NCBI GenBank assembly: GCA_964398205.1
Contig: CAYNLU010000003.1
Coordinates: forward strand, 215 to 64,214
Reading direction: 5' to 3'
Origin: an uncultured Candidatus Saccharibacteria bacterium
Lineage (GTDB): Bacteria > Patescibacteriota > Minisyncoccia > Phycocordibacterales > UBA9973
DNA: 64,000 bases
Position 1 is the stretch's first letter. Each line of letters begins with the position of its first letter. Shown one piece after another: positions 21,883 to 30,034 of this stretch. A program made the position numbers and the translations under genes. The notes under the pieces are model-generated. The model was given only the letters and a program-made list of their open reading frames with translations. It had not been told where the DNA came from and made no database searches.

Positions 21883-22236
21883 ATGTGTAGCTTATGTGAA
21901 GAAACAGAATACCAAAATTCAAGTTGTGGTGTAGGCGTTAATACTTACACTAATTTTGTTGGAGAAGGAAATAAGGATAAATCTTCCCTTCTTGAAATAT
22001 TAGACAAAGAACATCAATCATATCTTGAATATCTTGAACTAGTTGCTAGTCTTTCGCGTAAAAAGAGTGTAAATAATTTTGCGCTAAATGAAAAAGACTT
22101 ACATAGTGCTCTCGCCCTAGAGCAAGATAATTTATTTGGTGGAATTTTAACTCAACTTAAAATGCAAGAAAGAAAGGCAAGAGAAGAAGAAAATAATAAA
22201 AATATTCGAGAAATTAATGCAGGAGCCCTTAAGTAA
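21883..22236 (+). CDS. hypothetical protein
   Basis: 117-aa ORF whose stop overlaps a downstream terminator hairpin. No domain recognised. Confidence 0.35.
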   Translation: MCSLCEETEYQNSSCGVGVNTYTNFVGEGNKDKSSLLEILDKEHQSYLEYLELVASLSRKKSVNNFALNEKDLHSALALEQDNLFGGILTQLKMQERKAREEENNKNIREINAGALK

Positions 22237-22251
22237 TTAAGGGCTTTTTTA
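22224..22251. terminator. bidirectional intrinsic terminator
   Basis: Hairpin agcccttaa-gtaa-ttaagggct plus T6. Sits between convergent genes. Confidence 0.55.
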
Positions 22252-24156
22252 TTATCTTTTTATTTTACTAAAATCTATTTTTTCTTCTTTACCTTTTGTG
22301 ATTTTATCAGGTTGGAATACGCTATTTAACTTTACCGTATCTTTAGAAATAGTTAGATTACCGTCTCTCCAAATTTTCATTTGCAGTAGCATTCCTTCCA
22401 TAGTATTTTTACTAAATTTTTGATCAAATATAAAGTTTCCGAGTGAATAAGCAATAAATCCGTTTTTATAAATTTCAGTATTTTGAACTACGTGAGGATG
22501 ATGCCCGATAACTATTTTCGCTCCGTTATCGATAGCGAGATGAGCGAGAGTTTGTTGCCTTTTATTATTAGTAGTTTTATATTCGTCTCCGAAATGAAAA
22601 GATACTATTAGGTAATCTACTTCTTTAGACGCATTATTAATTATTTCTTTAATACGAGGATTATTTGCGAGCAAAATACCTCTTTTGTCTAAAGTCGGTT
22701 TTAAGTTTTGAGGCCCAACGTCCGAAAATCCTAAGAATCCGATTTTCATGTCGTATTGCTCGATGATTGTTGGTTTTTCAATTTCATTACTATATCCGCC
22801 TCCAGTATAAAGGATTTCATTTTCAGTAAGTCTGTCCAAGGTATCCGAGAAGGCGAGAGGGCCCCAATCTCCCGCATGATTATTCGCAACTGATAAAATA
22901 TTAAATCCTGCTCCTTTAAGAGCCGGAATTGCGTTTGGATCCATACGGAAAGAATATAGATTTCGTAAATCTTTACCTTGATCAGAAGCTGGACCCTCGA
23001 GATTTGCAAAGACAATATCGGATTTCTCTAAGATATCCATTTTGTCAAAAAGTTTAGAATAATCTCCTGAGAAATTTTTATTTACTGAACTTCGAACTCC
23101 GCGATCAAGCATAATATCTCCTAAGAACGACAAGCTTACGTAATCTGGATCTTTAATACTTGGAATATTTAACTTTTCTTTTATCCAATCAGAGTAGGCT
23201 GTTGCTCCTCCTCCATAATATACGTTTTTGTCTAAATATTTTAAAATAGTATTTATATCTCGAGCTCTGTCTTTGGATTGGAGTAAAACTATCCCGATAG
23301 GTCTTTTGATATCTTTACCTAAAGGTAATTCGAATACTGAAACTACAGTTTGCTTTGCTGGATTTGTAAAGCCACTTTTACCTCCTACGTAATTTGGATT
23401 TCTTAGAAACTGATTCGTACTGTACCAAGAATGCTTTTTAGTAGTATAGCTACGAGTTTTTGAAATATCTAAAAGATTTTTCTTATTTTTATAAATATAA
23501 CCAGTAAGTTTAAATAAATCCAATACTGTCGATTGATTCTTGCTAGAGAGTCCACTCGGATCATCATAAAAAGTATTATCCATCTTTAAGATGGAAGCTT
23601 GTTGATTCATTTTCTTGAGAAAACTTTCTCGTTCGTAGTTTCTCGCTAATACTTCTGAAGCATCATTACTAGATTGCAAAAGTAGAGGATATAATAAATC
23701 TTTAACTTTGATTTGTTCTCCCTTGTAGAGTCCGCCGTTAGTTCCATAAGTTTTTAAAGCTTCAGTACTTACTTTGGCTGTGTCTTCTTTTTGAGAAATT
23801 TCGTCTGCCACCAGAGCTGTCATTAGTTTAGAAACTGAAGCGATAGGGTAAACTTTATCAGCGTTTTTAGAAAGTATTATTTCTCCAGTATGAAGATCTC
23901 CAACTACATAACTAAGTGAGGAAACCTTAAGATTTGAATCTTCAGTTTTATTAAAATAAAAATATTTTTGTTTTTCTTCTTTAACTATTTGATTATTTAA
24001 AATTGCGCTAGCTGTCAAGTTCTCTTCGAGAGGAACTATATTGTTTTCTAGTTTACGGTAGGGGAAGTCTGCTAAAAGAAAATTTACAAAAAATACACCA
24101 ACTAAAATAGGGAATAGTGCAAATATAAAAGTTTTGATTTTTTTATTATTTCTCAT
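22252..24156 (-). CDS. fusion protein: S11-type D-Ala-D-Ala carboxypeptidase (N-terminal) + CapA/PgsA metallophosphatase-like domain (C-terminal)
   Basis: N-terminal signal/TM. SxxK (ASVSKLMTA), SxN (QSSND) and K(S/T)G (GGKSGFTN) motifs. C-terminal CapA-like motifs FLGDIMLDRG, ANNHAGDWG, VSFHFGDEY, GHHPHVVQ. Confidence 0.6.
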   Translation of the reverse strand: MRNNKKIKTFIFALFPILVGVFFVNFLLADFPYRKLENNIVPLEENLTASAILNNQIVKEEKQKYFYFNKTEDSNLKVSSLSYVVGDLHTGEIILSKNADKVYPIASVSKLMTALVADEISQKEDTAKVSTEALKTYGTNGGLYKGEQIKVKDLLYPLLLQSSNDASEVLARNYERESFLKKMNQQASILKMDNTFYDDPSGLSSKNQSTVLDLFKLTGYIYKNKKNLLDISKTRSYTTKKHSWYSTNQFLRNPNYVGGKSGFTNPAKQTVVSVFELPLGKDIKRPIGIVLLQSKDRARDINTILKYLDKNVYYGGGATAYSDWIKEKLNIPSIKDPDYVSLSFLGDIMLDRGVRSSVNKNFSGDYSKLFDKMDILEKSDIVFANLEGPASDQGKDLRNLYSFRMDPNAIPALKGAGFNILSVANNHAGDWGPLAFSDTLDRLTENEILYTGGGYSNEIEKPTIIEQYDMKIGFLGFSDVGPQNLKPTLDKRGILLANNPRIKEIINNASKEVDYLIVSFHFGDEYKTTNNKRQQTLAHLAIDNGAKIVIGHHPHVVQNTEIYKNGFIAYSLGNFIFDQKFSKNTMEGMLLQMKIWRDGNLTISKDTVKLNSVFQPDKITKGKEEKIDFSKIKR

Positions 24157-24161
24157 TTATA

Positions 24162-26138
24162 TTATTTTACTAAATCGTAATCGATAATTTTTCTTTCAAG
24201 ATCTACTTTTTTAACTTTAATTTTTATTTTATCTCCGAATTTATATTTCTTGCCTTTTTTCTTACCTACGAGTTCCATTTTCTTTTCATCTAAGAAATAA
24301 AAATCATCATTAAGATCTCGCATTCTTATCATACCGTCAGTCTTAGTTTCTATTTCTTCTACATAAAGTCCCCATTCATTCATACCGCTTATAATACCTG
24401 TAAACACTTCACCAATACGTGAGGACATATATTCGATTTGTTTATATTTAATAGAAGAACGTTCAGCTTCAGAAGCCTTTTTCTCTTGATCACTCGCAAC
24501 CATTGCAATATCTTTATATTCTTCTTTATTGAATTTATTTTTATCTTTTAGTAGATGATTTTGAAGTAAACGATGAACTATGATATCTGGATATCGACGA
24601 ATAGGTGAAGTGAAGTGAGTATAATATTTGAACGCAAGTCCGTAATGTCCTATATTTTTTGTAGAGTAAATTGCTTTTTGCATACTACGAACGATAGCGC
24701 GGTTAATAGTATCGCGTTCATCTTTATTTTTAATACTTTCTACTATACGATTTATCTCGTAATAGGGAATAATTCCGTCTTTCATTTTGACGTTATATTT
24801 AAGACTTTTTAGGAATAAGAAAAGATCATAACTTTTATCTGGGTCTGGTTTGTCGTGAATACGATAGATAAAAATATCTTTCATATTTTTATCTTTAGAA
24901 ACTCTCTCGGCTACCTTACGATTTGCGAGTAGCATAAATTCTTCTATCATTTTATTGGCATCAGTCCGTTCCTTTTTGATAACTTTAATAGGTTTATTAT
25001 TTTCATCTAAGATAAATTTTACTTCTTCTTGATCGAGAGAAATCGCTCCGTCTTTAAAGCGAGCTTTAGTCAAGTTTTTTGCGATTTGATTTAAAATACT
25101 TAGTTCTTTGTGTAAATACGATTTGTCGTCCAAGATATTTTGATAAGCTTCTTCGTAAGTAAATCTTTTATCAGAATGAATTACAGTTTTTCCGTACCAT
25201 TCTTTTAAAACTTCACCATTTTTATTTAATTCAAAAACCGCACTCATAGTTAAGCGATCTTGGTTCGGTACTAGAGAGCATAAATCATTTGATAAAACTT
25301 CTGGTAGCATAGGTATAGTTCTATCTACTAGATAAATCGAAGTTGCTCTTTCTTTAGCTTCACTATCTATGTGACTTTGCGGTAGTACATAATGACTAAC
25401 GTCAGCAATATGAATACCTATTTCGTATTTATCTTTGCTTAATTCACGAAAAGAAATCGCATCATCGAAATCTTTAGCATCATGAGGATCTATGGTAAAA
25501 GTTAAAACTTCTCTGAAATCTTTACGGTTTTGATAATCTTCTTTTTGTATACCGCGAGCTTTGATTTTATTTGCTTCATCGTGAGTTATCTCTTTAAGCT
25601 CCATATCAAACCCTCTTTCAAGTACGATAGAATGCATTTCGGCATTATGATCTCCTTTTTTACCGAGAACTTTTACTATTTCACCGATAGGACTTTTGAG
25701 AGGATCTTTGAAGCTAACGATTTTACCATAAACTTTATCTCCTTCGAGAGCTCCGTTTAGAGATTCTTGCGGGATTAAAATATCGGTATACATTTTAGTA
25801 TCATCAGGATGCAAAAAGTATATCCCGTTTTCTTTTTCAATTACTCCCGAGAATCCAAGTTTATATCTACTGATAATTTCTTCAACTTTTCCTGTAAATT
25901 TATTATCTTTTTTATTTAAAATAATAACTCGAACTTTATCTTGGTTGAGTGCTGTATTTAGGTGCTTGTAGTCAATTTCAATTTCTTTTTTGTCATCGAT
26001 TTTCAGGTAACCGATACCTTTAGGGGATACCGATATATTACCCACTATTTCTCTTTGAAAGTTTTTGAAAGAAAATTCCTTGTTTTGTTTAATTTTAGTT
26101 TTTTTATCCTTATATTCCTTTGTTTTTTTAGATTTCAT
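24162..26138 (-). CDS. rnr: ribonuclease R / RNase II family 3'-5' exoribonuclease
   Basis: Cold-shock/OB N-terminus, RNB catalytic domain (HIADVSHYV, DRTIPMLPE) and a C-terminal S1 domain with a Lys-rich tail. Confidence 0.8.
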   Translation of the reverse strand: MKSKKTKEYKDKKTKIKQNKEFSFKNFQREIVGNISVSPKGIGYLKIDDKKEIEIDYKHLNTALNQDKVRVIILNKKDNKFTGKVEEIISRYKLGFSGVIEKENGIYFLHPDDTKMYTDILIPQESLNGALEGDKVYGKIVSFKDPLKSPIGEIVKVLGKKGDHNAEMHSIVLERGFDMELKEITHDEANKIKARGIQKEDYQNRKDFREVLTFTIDPHDAKDFDDAISFRELSKDKYEIGIHIADVSHYVLPQSHIDSEAKERATSIYLVDRTIPMLPEVLSNDLCSLVPNQDRLTMSAVFELNKNGEVLKEWYGKTVIHSDKRFTYEEAYQNILDDKSYLHKELSILNQIAKNLTKARFKDGAISLDQEEVKFILDENNKPIKVIKKERTDANKMIEEFMLLANRKVAERVSKDKNMKDIFIYRIHDKPDPDKSYDLFLFLKSLKYNVKMKDGIIPYYEINRIVESIKNKDERDTINRAIVRSMQKAIYSTKNIGHYGLAFKYYTHFTSPIRRYPDIIVHRLLQNHLLKDKNKFNKEEYKDIAMVASDQEKKASEAERSSIKYKQIEYMSSRIGEVFTGIISGMNEWGLYVEEIETKTDGMIRMRDLNDDFYFLDEKKMELVGKKKGKKYKFGDKIKIKVKKVDLERKIIDYDLVK

Positions 26139-26175
26139 TATTATAAATATAGCATAAAATAGGCAATTGAATGAC

Positions 26176-26204
26176 TTGACTTTTTATATAAAGTATGATA
26201 TACT
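26176..26204 (+). promoter_or_regulatory. sigma70-like promoter (TTGACT-17-TGaTATACT) for the repeat protein
   Basis: -35 at 26176-26181 and -10 at 26199-26204. The ATG at 26211 coincides with the predicted +1, suggesting a leaderless transcript. Confidence 0.5.
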
Positions 26205-26210
26205 ATTAGT

Positions 26211-28085
26211 ATGAAAATAAAAGGAGTTTTCTTAAATTTAATAGTTTTAGCCTTATTTTTATTGCCTTTTTCAAGTGCTTTCGCTTGTAATGGTTGTAAT
26301 ATTGTTTTGCCTGGAGGTGGTTATATTATCAACGGCTCTTATAAAGCAACTGCAAGCGGTTTAAATACAGCTGATTTTACAACCTTGGCTTCTTATCTAG
26401 AAAATGGAGGCTATTTTACTAATGCTCAATATAAAACTCTTGGTAATTACTTAACTCCAGCCGATTACAAAGAATTAGGTTCATATCTAACTCCTGCTAA
26501 TTATGCGACTTTAGGTTCTTACTTAGAACCCGCAGACTATAAAGCTCTTGCTTCATATTTAGATAGCGCAGACTATAAAGTGCTTGGAAGTTATCTTACT
26601 CCTGCTGATTACAAAGAATTAGGTTCATATCTTACTCCAGCCGATTACAAAGTGATTGGTTCTTACTTAGAACCAGCAGACTATAAAGCTCTTGCTTCAT
26701 ATTTAGATGCAGGTGATTATCAAACTTTAGCATCATACTTAACTCCAGCAGATTACAAAGTTATTGGAAGTTACTTAACTCCAGCAGATTATCAAGTACT
26801 TGGAAGTTACCTTACTCCTGCTGACTATAAAGTTTTAGGATCCTATCTAGACGCAGGTGATTATCAAACTTTAGCATCATATTTAACTCCATCAGATTAC
26901 AAAGTTATTGGAAGTTACTTAACTCCAGCCGATTACCAAATTCTTGGAAGCTATCTAACTCCGGCGGACTATCAAGTTATCGGTTCATACTTAACTCCAG
27001 CAGATTACCAAATTCTTGCTTCTTATCTGACTCAAGGCGACTATAAAGCCCTTGCTTCATATTTAGATAGTGCAGATTATAAAGTGCTCGGCGCATATCT
27101 AACTCCAGCCGATTATCAAATTCTTGGAAGCTATCTAACTCCGGCAGATTACAAAGTATTAGCAAGTTATCTTACTCCAGCCGATTATCAAGTACTTGGA
27201 AGTTACCTTACTCCTGCTGACTATAAAGTTTTAGGATCCTATCTAGACGCAGGTGACTATCAAGTTTTAGGTTCGTATTTAGATAACGCGGACTATATTG
27301 CTTTGGGTGCATATCATACAAACGGTGCTTACTATGTAAATGGAGGATACTTTGTAAATGGTAGCTTTGTTGCAAGCGGAAGTTACAACACAAACGGAGC
27401 ATATCTAGGAAGTGGTAGTTACGATACAAACGGAGGTTACTTTACTTCTGGATCTTACGATGCGAATGGAAACTATATTACAAACGGAGGTTACTATGCT
27501 CCTGGTAGTTATAATACTAATGCTGGTTATTACACAAACGGAGGTTATTATACTCCAGGCTCATACAACACAAACGGAGCATATCTAGGAAGTGGTAGTT
27601 ACGATACAAACGGAGGTTACTTTACTTCTGGATCTTACGATGCGAATGGAAACTATATTACAAACGGAGGTTACTATGCTCCTGGTAGTTATAATACTAA
27701 TGCTGGTTATTACACAAACGGAGGTTATTATACTCCAGGCTCATACAACACAAACGGAGCATATAATACCAACGGAGCTGTTTTAGTTAACGGAGGAGTT
27801 AATACTCAAGGATCATATAATACTAATGGTTCATACAATACTTCTGGAGCGGTTAATACAAATGGAAGTTATTCTACTTTAGGAGGCTATAATTCTCAAA
27901 GTTCTTATAATACTAAAGGAGCAACAAATATTAACGCTTCTTATAATTCAACTGCGAGTTATAATTCTACAGCTTCTTATAATTCTAAAGGTTCAATAAA
28001 TACTAAAGGGAATTATAATACTACTGGTAGCTATAATACTAAAGGTTCTGTTAAAAGTAGCGGAGGTTATACTACTAGTGGATAA
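26211..28085 (+). CDS. secreted tandem-repeat protein (about 25 copies of a 12-aa LGSYLTPADYKV repeat, then a G/Y/N-rich low-complexity tail)
   Basis: Signal peptide MKIKGVFLNLIVLALFLLPFSSAFA. Strictly 36-nt periodic repeats. No membrane anchor or recognisable catalytic domain. Confidence 0.6.
   Translation: MKIKGVFLNLIVLALFLLPFSSAFACNGCNIVLPGGGYIINGSYKATASGLNTADFTTLASYLENGGYFTNAQYKTLGNYLTPADYKELGSYLTPANYATLGSYLEPADYKALASYLDSADYKVLGSYLTPADYKELGSYLTPADYKVIGSYLEPADYKALASYLDAGDYQTLASYLTPADYKVIGSYLTPADYQVLGSYLTPADYKVLGSYLDAGDYQTLASYLTPSDYKVIGSYLTPADYQILGSYLTPADYQVIGSYLTPADYQILASYLTQGDYKALASYLDSADYKVLGAYLTPADYQILGSYLTPADYKVLASYLTPADYQVLGSYLTPADYKVLGSYLDAGDYQVLGSYLDNADYIALGAYHTNGAYYVNGGYFVNGSFVASGSYNTNGAYLGSGSYDTNGGYFTSGSYDANGNYITNGGYYAPGSYNTNAGYYTNGGYYTPGSYNTNGAYLGSGSYDTNGGYFTSGSYDANGNYITNGGYYAPGSYNTNAGYYTNGGYYTPGSYNTNGAYNTNGAVLVNGGVNTQGSYNTNGSYNTSGAVNTNGSYSTLGGYNSQSSYNTKGATNINASYNSTASYNSTASYNSKGSINTKGNYNTTGSYNTKGSVKSSGGYTTSG
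26385..27306 (+). repeat. 36-bp (12-codon) in-frame tandem repeat array, about 25 units
   Basis: Repeated ggttcatatctaactcctgctgattacaaagaatta-type units encoding LGSYLTPADYKx, with degenerate third positions. Confidence 0.7.
27385..27744 (+). repeat. near-perfect 180-bp tandem duplication (2 copies)
   Basis: The block caaacggagcatatctaggaagtggtagttacgatacaaacgg...ccaggctcatacaaca occurs twice back-to-back (27391.. and 27571..). Confidence 0.75.
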
Positions 28086-28121
28086 ATTTGCGTTTTTACA
28101 ATTTTATGTTAAACTAACTTT

Positions 28122-28424
28122 ATGTTAAAAATTAGATTACAAAGAATAGGAAGAAAGAACGAACCTTCATTTCGCGTTGTATTAACTGATTCAAAGAATG
28201 CTGCTAAAAGTGGTAAATTCTTAGAGATAGTTGGTTCATATAATCCGAAAGCAGGAGAGACTATCTTTAAAGCAGATAGAATCAAGCATTGGATAAAAAA
28301 TGGAGCTCAAATTTCTGATACTGTTCACAACTTCTTGGTATCACAAAAAGTTATCGAAGGTAAAAAGAAAAATGTTTTACCTAAGAAAAAAATAACTCTA
28401 AAAAGAAAAGAAGCTAAAAAATAA
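28122..28424 (+). CDS. rpsP: 30S ribosomal protein S16
   Basis: MLKIRLQRIGRKNEPSFRVVLTDSKNAAKSGKFLEIVGSYNP is the canonical bS16 N-terminus. Lys-rich C-terminal extension. Confidence 0.85.
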   Translation: MLKIRLQRIGRKNEPSFRVVLTDSKNAAKSGKFLEIVGSYNPKAGETIFKADRIKHWIKNGAQISDTVHNFLVSQKVIEGKKKNVLPKKKITLKRKEAKK

Positions 28425-28450
28425 AATCCCAAAAGGGATTTTATTTTTTA
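28423..28450 (+). terminator. intrinsic terminator after rpsP
   Basis: Hairpin aaaatccc-aaaa-gggatttt followed by a T-run. Confidence 0.5.
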
Positions 28451-28551
28451 GTTGAAAGAGAAAATTTTATTTTGTATAATATAAAAATAGCAGTACTTTA
28501 TTATTTATATGGTCGTATACTGCTTAAATTAAAAACTTAACTCTCTTTATT

Positions 28552-28869
28552 ATGGATACTGACAGACAATTTCTAGAATATGTAGTTAAAGCTCTTGTTG
28601 ATAATCCGAACGATGTAAAAATCGATCGTACTGTTGATGAGATGGGAGTTCTTATTTCTCTTTCCGTTAACCCTGCTGATATGGGTAAAATTATCGGAAG
28701 AATGGGAAATACTGCAAAAGCAATTAGAACACTTCTTAGAATCATCGGCATGAAAAACAATGCTCGTGTGAATCTAAAGATCAATGAGCCAGAAGGAGGT
28801 GCAAGTACTCATACTTCTCCAACTTTGAAAACTGTTGATCAAGCAATGGAAGATTTGAAAGGAATATAA
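28552..28869 (+). CDS. KH-domain RNA-binding protein (YlqC/UPF0109-like)
   Basis: KH motif GKIIGRMGNTAKAIRTLL. Conserved location between rpsP and trmD. Confidence 0.65.
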   Translation: MDTDRQFLEYVVKALVDNPNDVKIDRTVDEMGVLISLSVNPADMGKIIGRMGNTAKAIRTLLRIIGMKNNARVNLKINEPEGGASTHTSPTLKTVDQAMEDLKGI

Positions 28870-28875
28870 AAACTA

Positions 28876-28898
28876 AAAAGCCCCAAATGGGGCTTTTT
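28876..28898 (+). terminator. intrinsic terminator / attenuator
   Basis: Hairpin aaaagcccc-aaat-ggggctttt plus T-run. Confidence 0.5.
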
Positions 28899-28914
28899 AT
28901 GTTATGATAGTTTT

Positions 28915-29577
28915 ATGAATTTTCATATTGTAACTTTATTTAAAGAAAGCTTTGATTCTTATCTCGGAGAATCTATACTTGCGCGTGCAATCAAAGACAA
29001 ATTAATCCACACAGATTTCTATAATCCGAGAGATTTTTTACCTAAAAAAGATAATAATTATAAGCCAGTAGATGATAGACCGTACGGAGGGGGTCCGGGT
29101 ATGGTTATGAGAGCAGAGCCGGTTTTAAAGGCAGTAGAAAAAGCTATTAAAAAAATAAATAAAAACCCTAAAGCAAAAACCTTAGTGATTAATTTTATCC
29201 CAAGCGCAGAGAAATTTACTACGAGTCACGCTAAAACTTTTTCTAAAAAATATACTGACATAATTTTGATTTGTGGTAGGTATGAAGGTATTGATGCTCG
29301 GGTAGATAAAATATTAAAAACAAAAAAATTATCTATAGGGGATTACGTATTAACTGGAGGCGAATTGCCAGCATTAGTATTAATAGATTCTATTTCTCGT
29401 CAGGTAAAAGGAGTATTAGGTAAATATGAATCTCTTGAAGAAGAGAGAATTTCAATTAGTGAAGTTTATACTAGGCCCGAAGTTTTAAAATGGGGTACTA
29501 AAAATTATAAAGTTCCAAAAGTTTTGCTTTCAGGGAACCACAAACTTATAGAAGAATGGAAAAAATCTAAAAAATAG
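28915..29577 (+). CDS. trmD: tRNA (guanine37-N1)-methyltransferase TrmD
   Basis: SPOUT fold; N-terminal motifs MNFHIVTLFKESFDSYLGESIL..A and GGGPGMVM; VLIDSISRQ. Confidence 0.85.
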   Translation: MNFHIVTLFKESFDSYLGESILARAIKDKLIHTDFYNPRDFLPKKDNNYKPVDDRPYGGGPGMVMRAEPVLKAVEKAIKKINKNPKAKTLVINFIPSAEKFTTSHAKTFSKKYTDIILICGRYEGIDARVDKILKTKKLSIGDYVLTGGELPALVLIDSISRQVKGVLGKYESLEEERISISEVYTRPEVLKWGTKNYKVPKVLLSGNHKLIEEWKKSKK

Positions 29578-29584
29578 AATCTTT

Positions 29585-29610
29585 ACCCAGTCAGTCGCGA
29601 CCGACGGGGT
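29585..29610 (+). terminator. palindromic terminator element, member of a 3-copy family
   Basis: acccagtcagtcgcgaccgacggggt followed by a T-rich run, directly after the trmD stop. Related copies at 52467 and 57605. Confidence 0.5.
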
Positions 29611-30034
29611 TTACTTTTATACTACATTATTGTATATTTGTTTTAATAAAAATTGTACATTATGATTTTAACTTATTTTGTTATTACCCCAGAATACTTC
29701 GTGAGAGGTGTTGTAGGGTTTCTTGTTTTATGTCTATTTTTTTATGCTGTACTTCATTTTAACAGCATAAGGAATAAGAAAAACTCTGTTTATTAGCAGA
29801 GTATTAGCTGGGTGCTTTATAAGCATCCAGTTTTTAATTTTAAATTTGCAATTTTTTAGATTTTATGATAAACTCTTTCTAGATTGAATGATTGAGTTTC
29901 GGATGCAATCTCTTATTATAAGCCTTTAAAAGTTTTAATAGTATCCGAATTAAATAGACGTAAAATAAAAGTATACCTTTTATTTCTTTTTGTTTTTTGC
30001 GGATACTCCCGTTACGAGCCGGGTAATAATATAT

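Noticed and set aside
26385-27306. Possibility that the 36-bp periodic array is a CRISPR-like or satellite non-coding repeat
   Set aside because: The period is exactly 12 codons, in frame with a signal-peptide-bearing ORF, with third-position variation preserving the peptide repeat. This is a coding tandem repeat.
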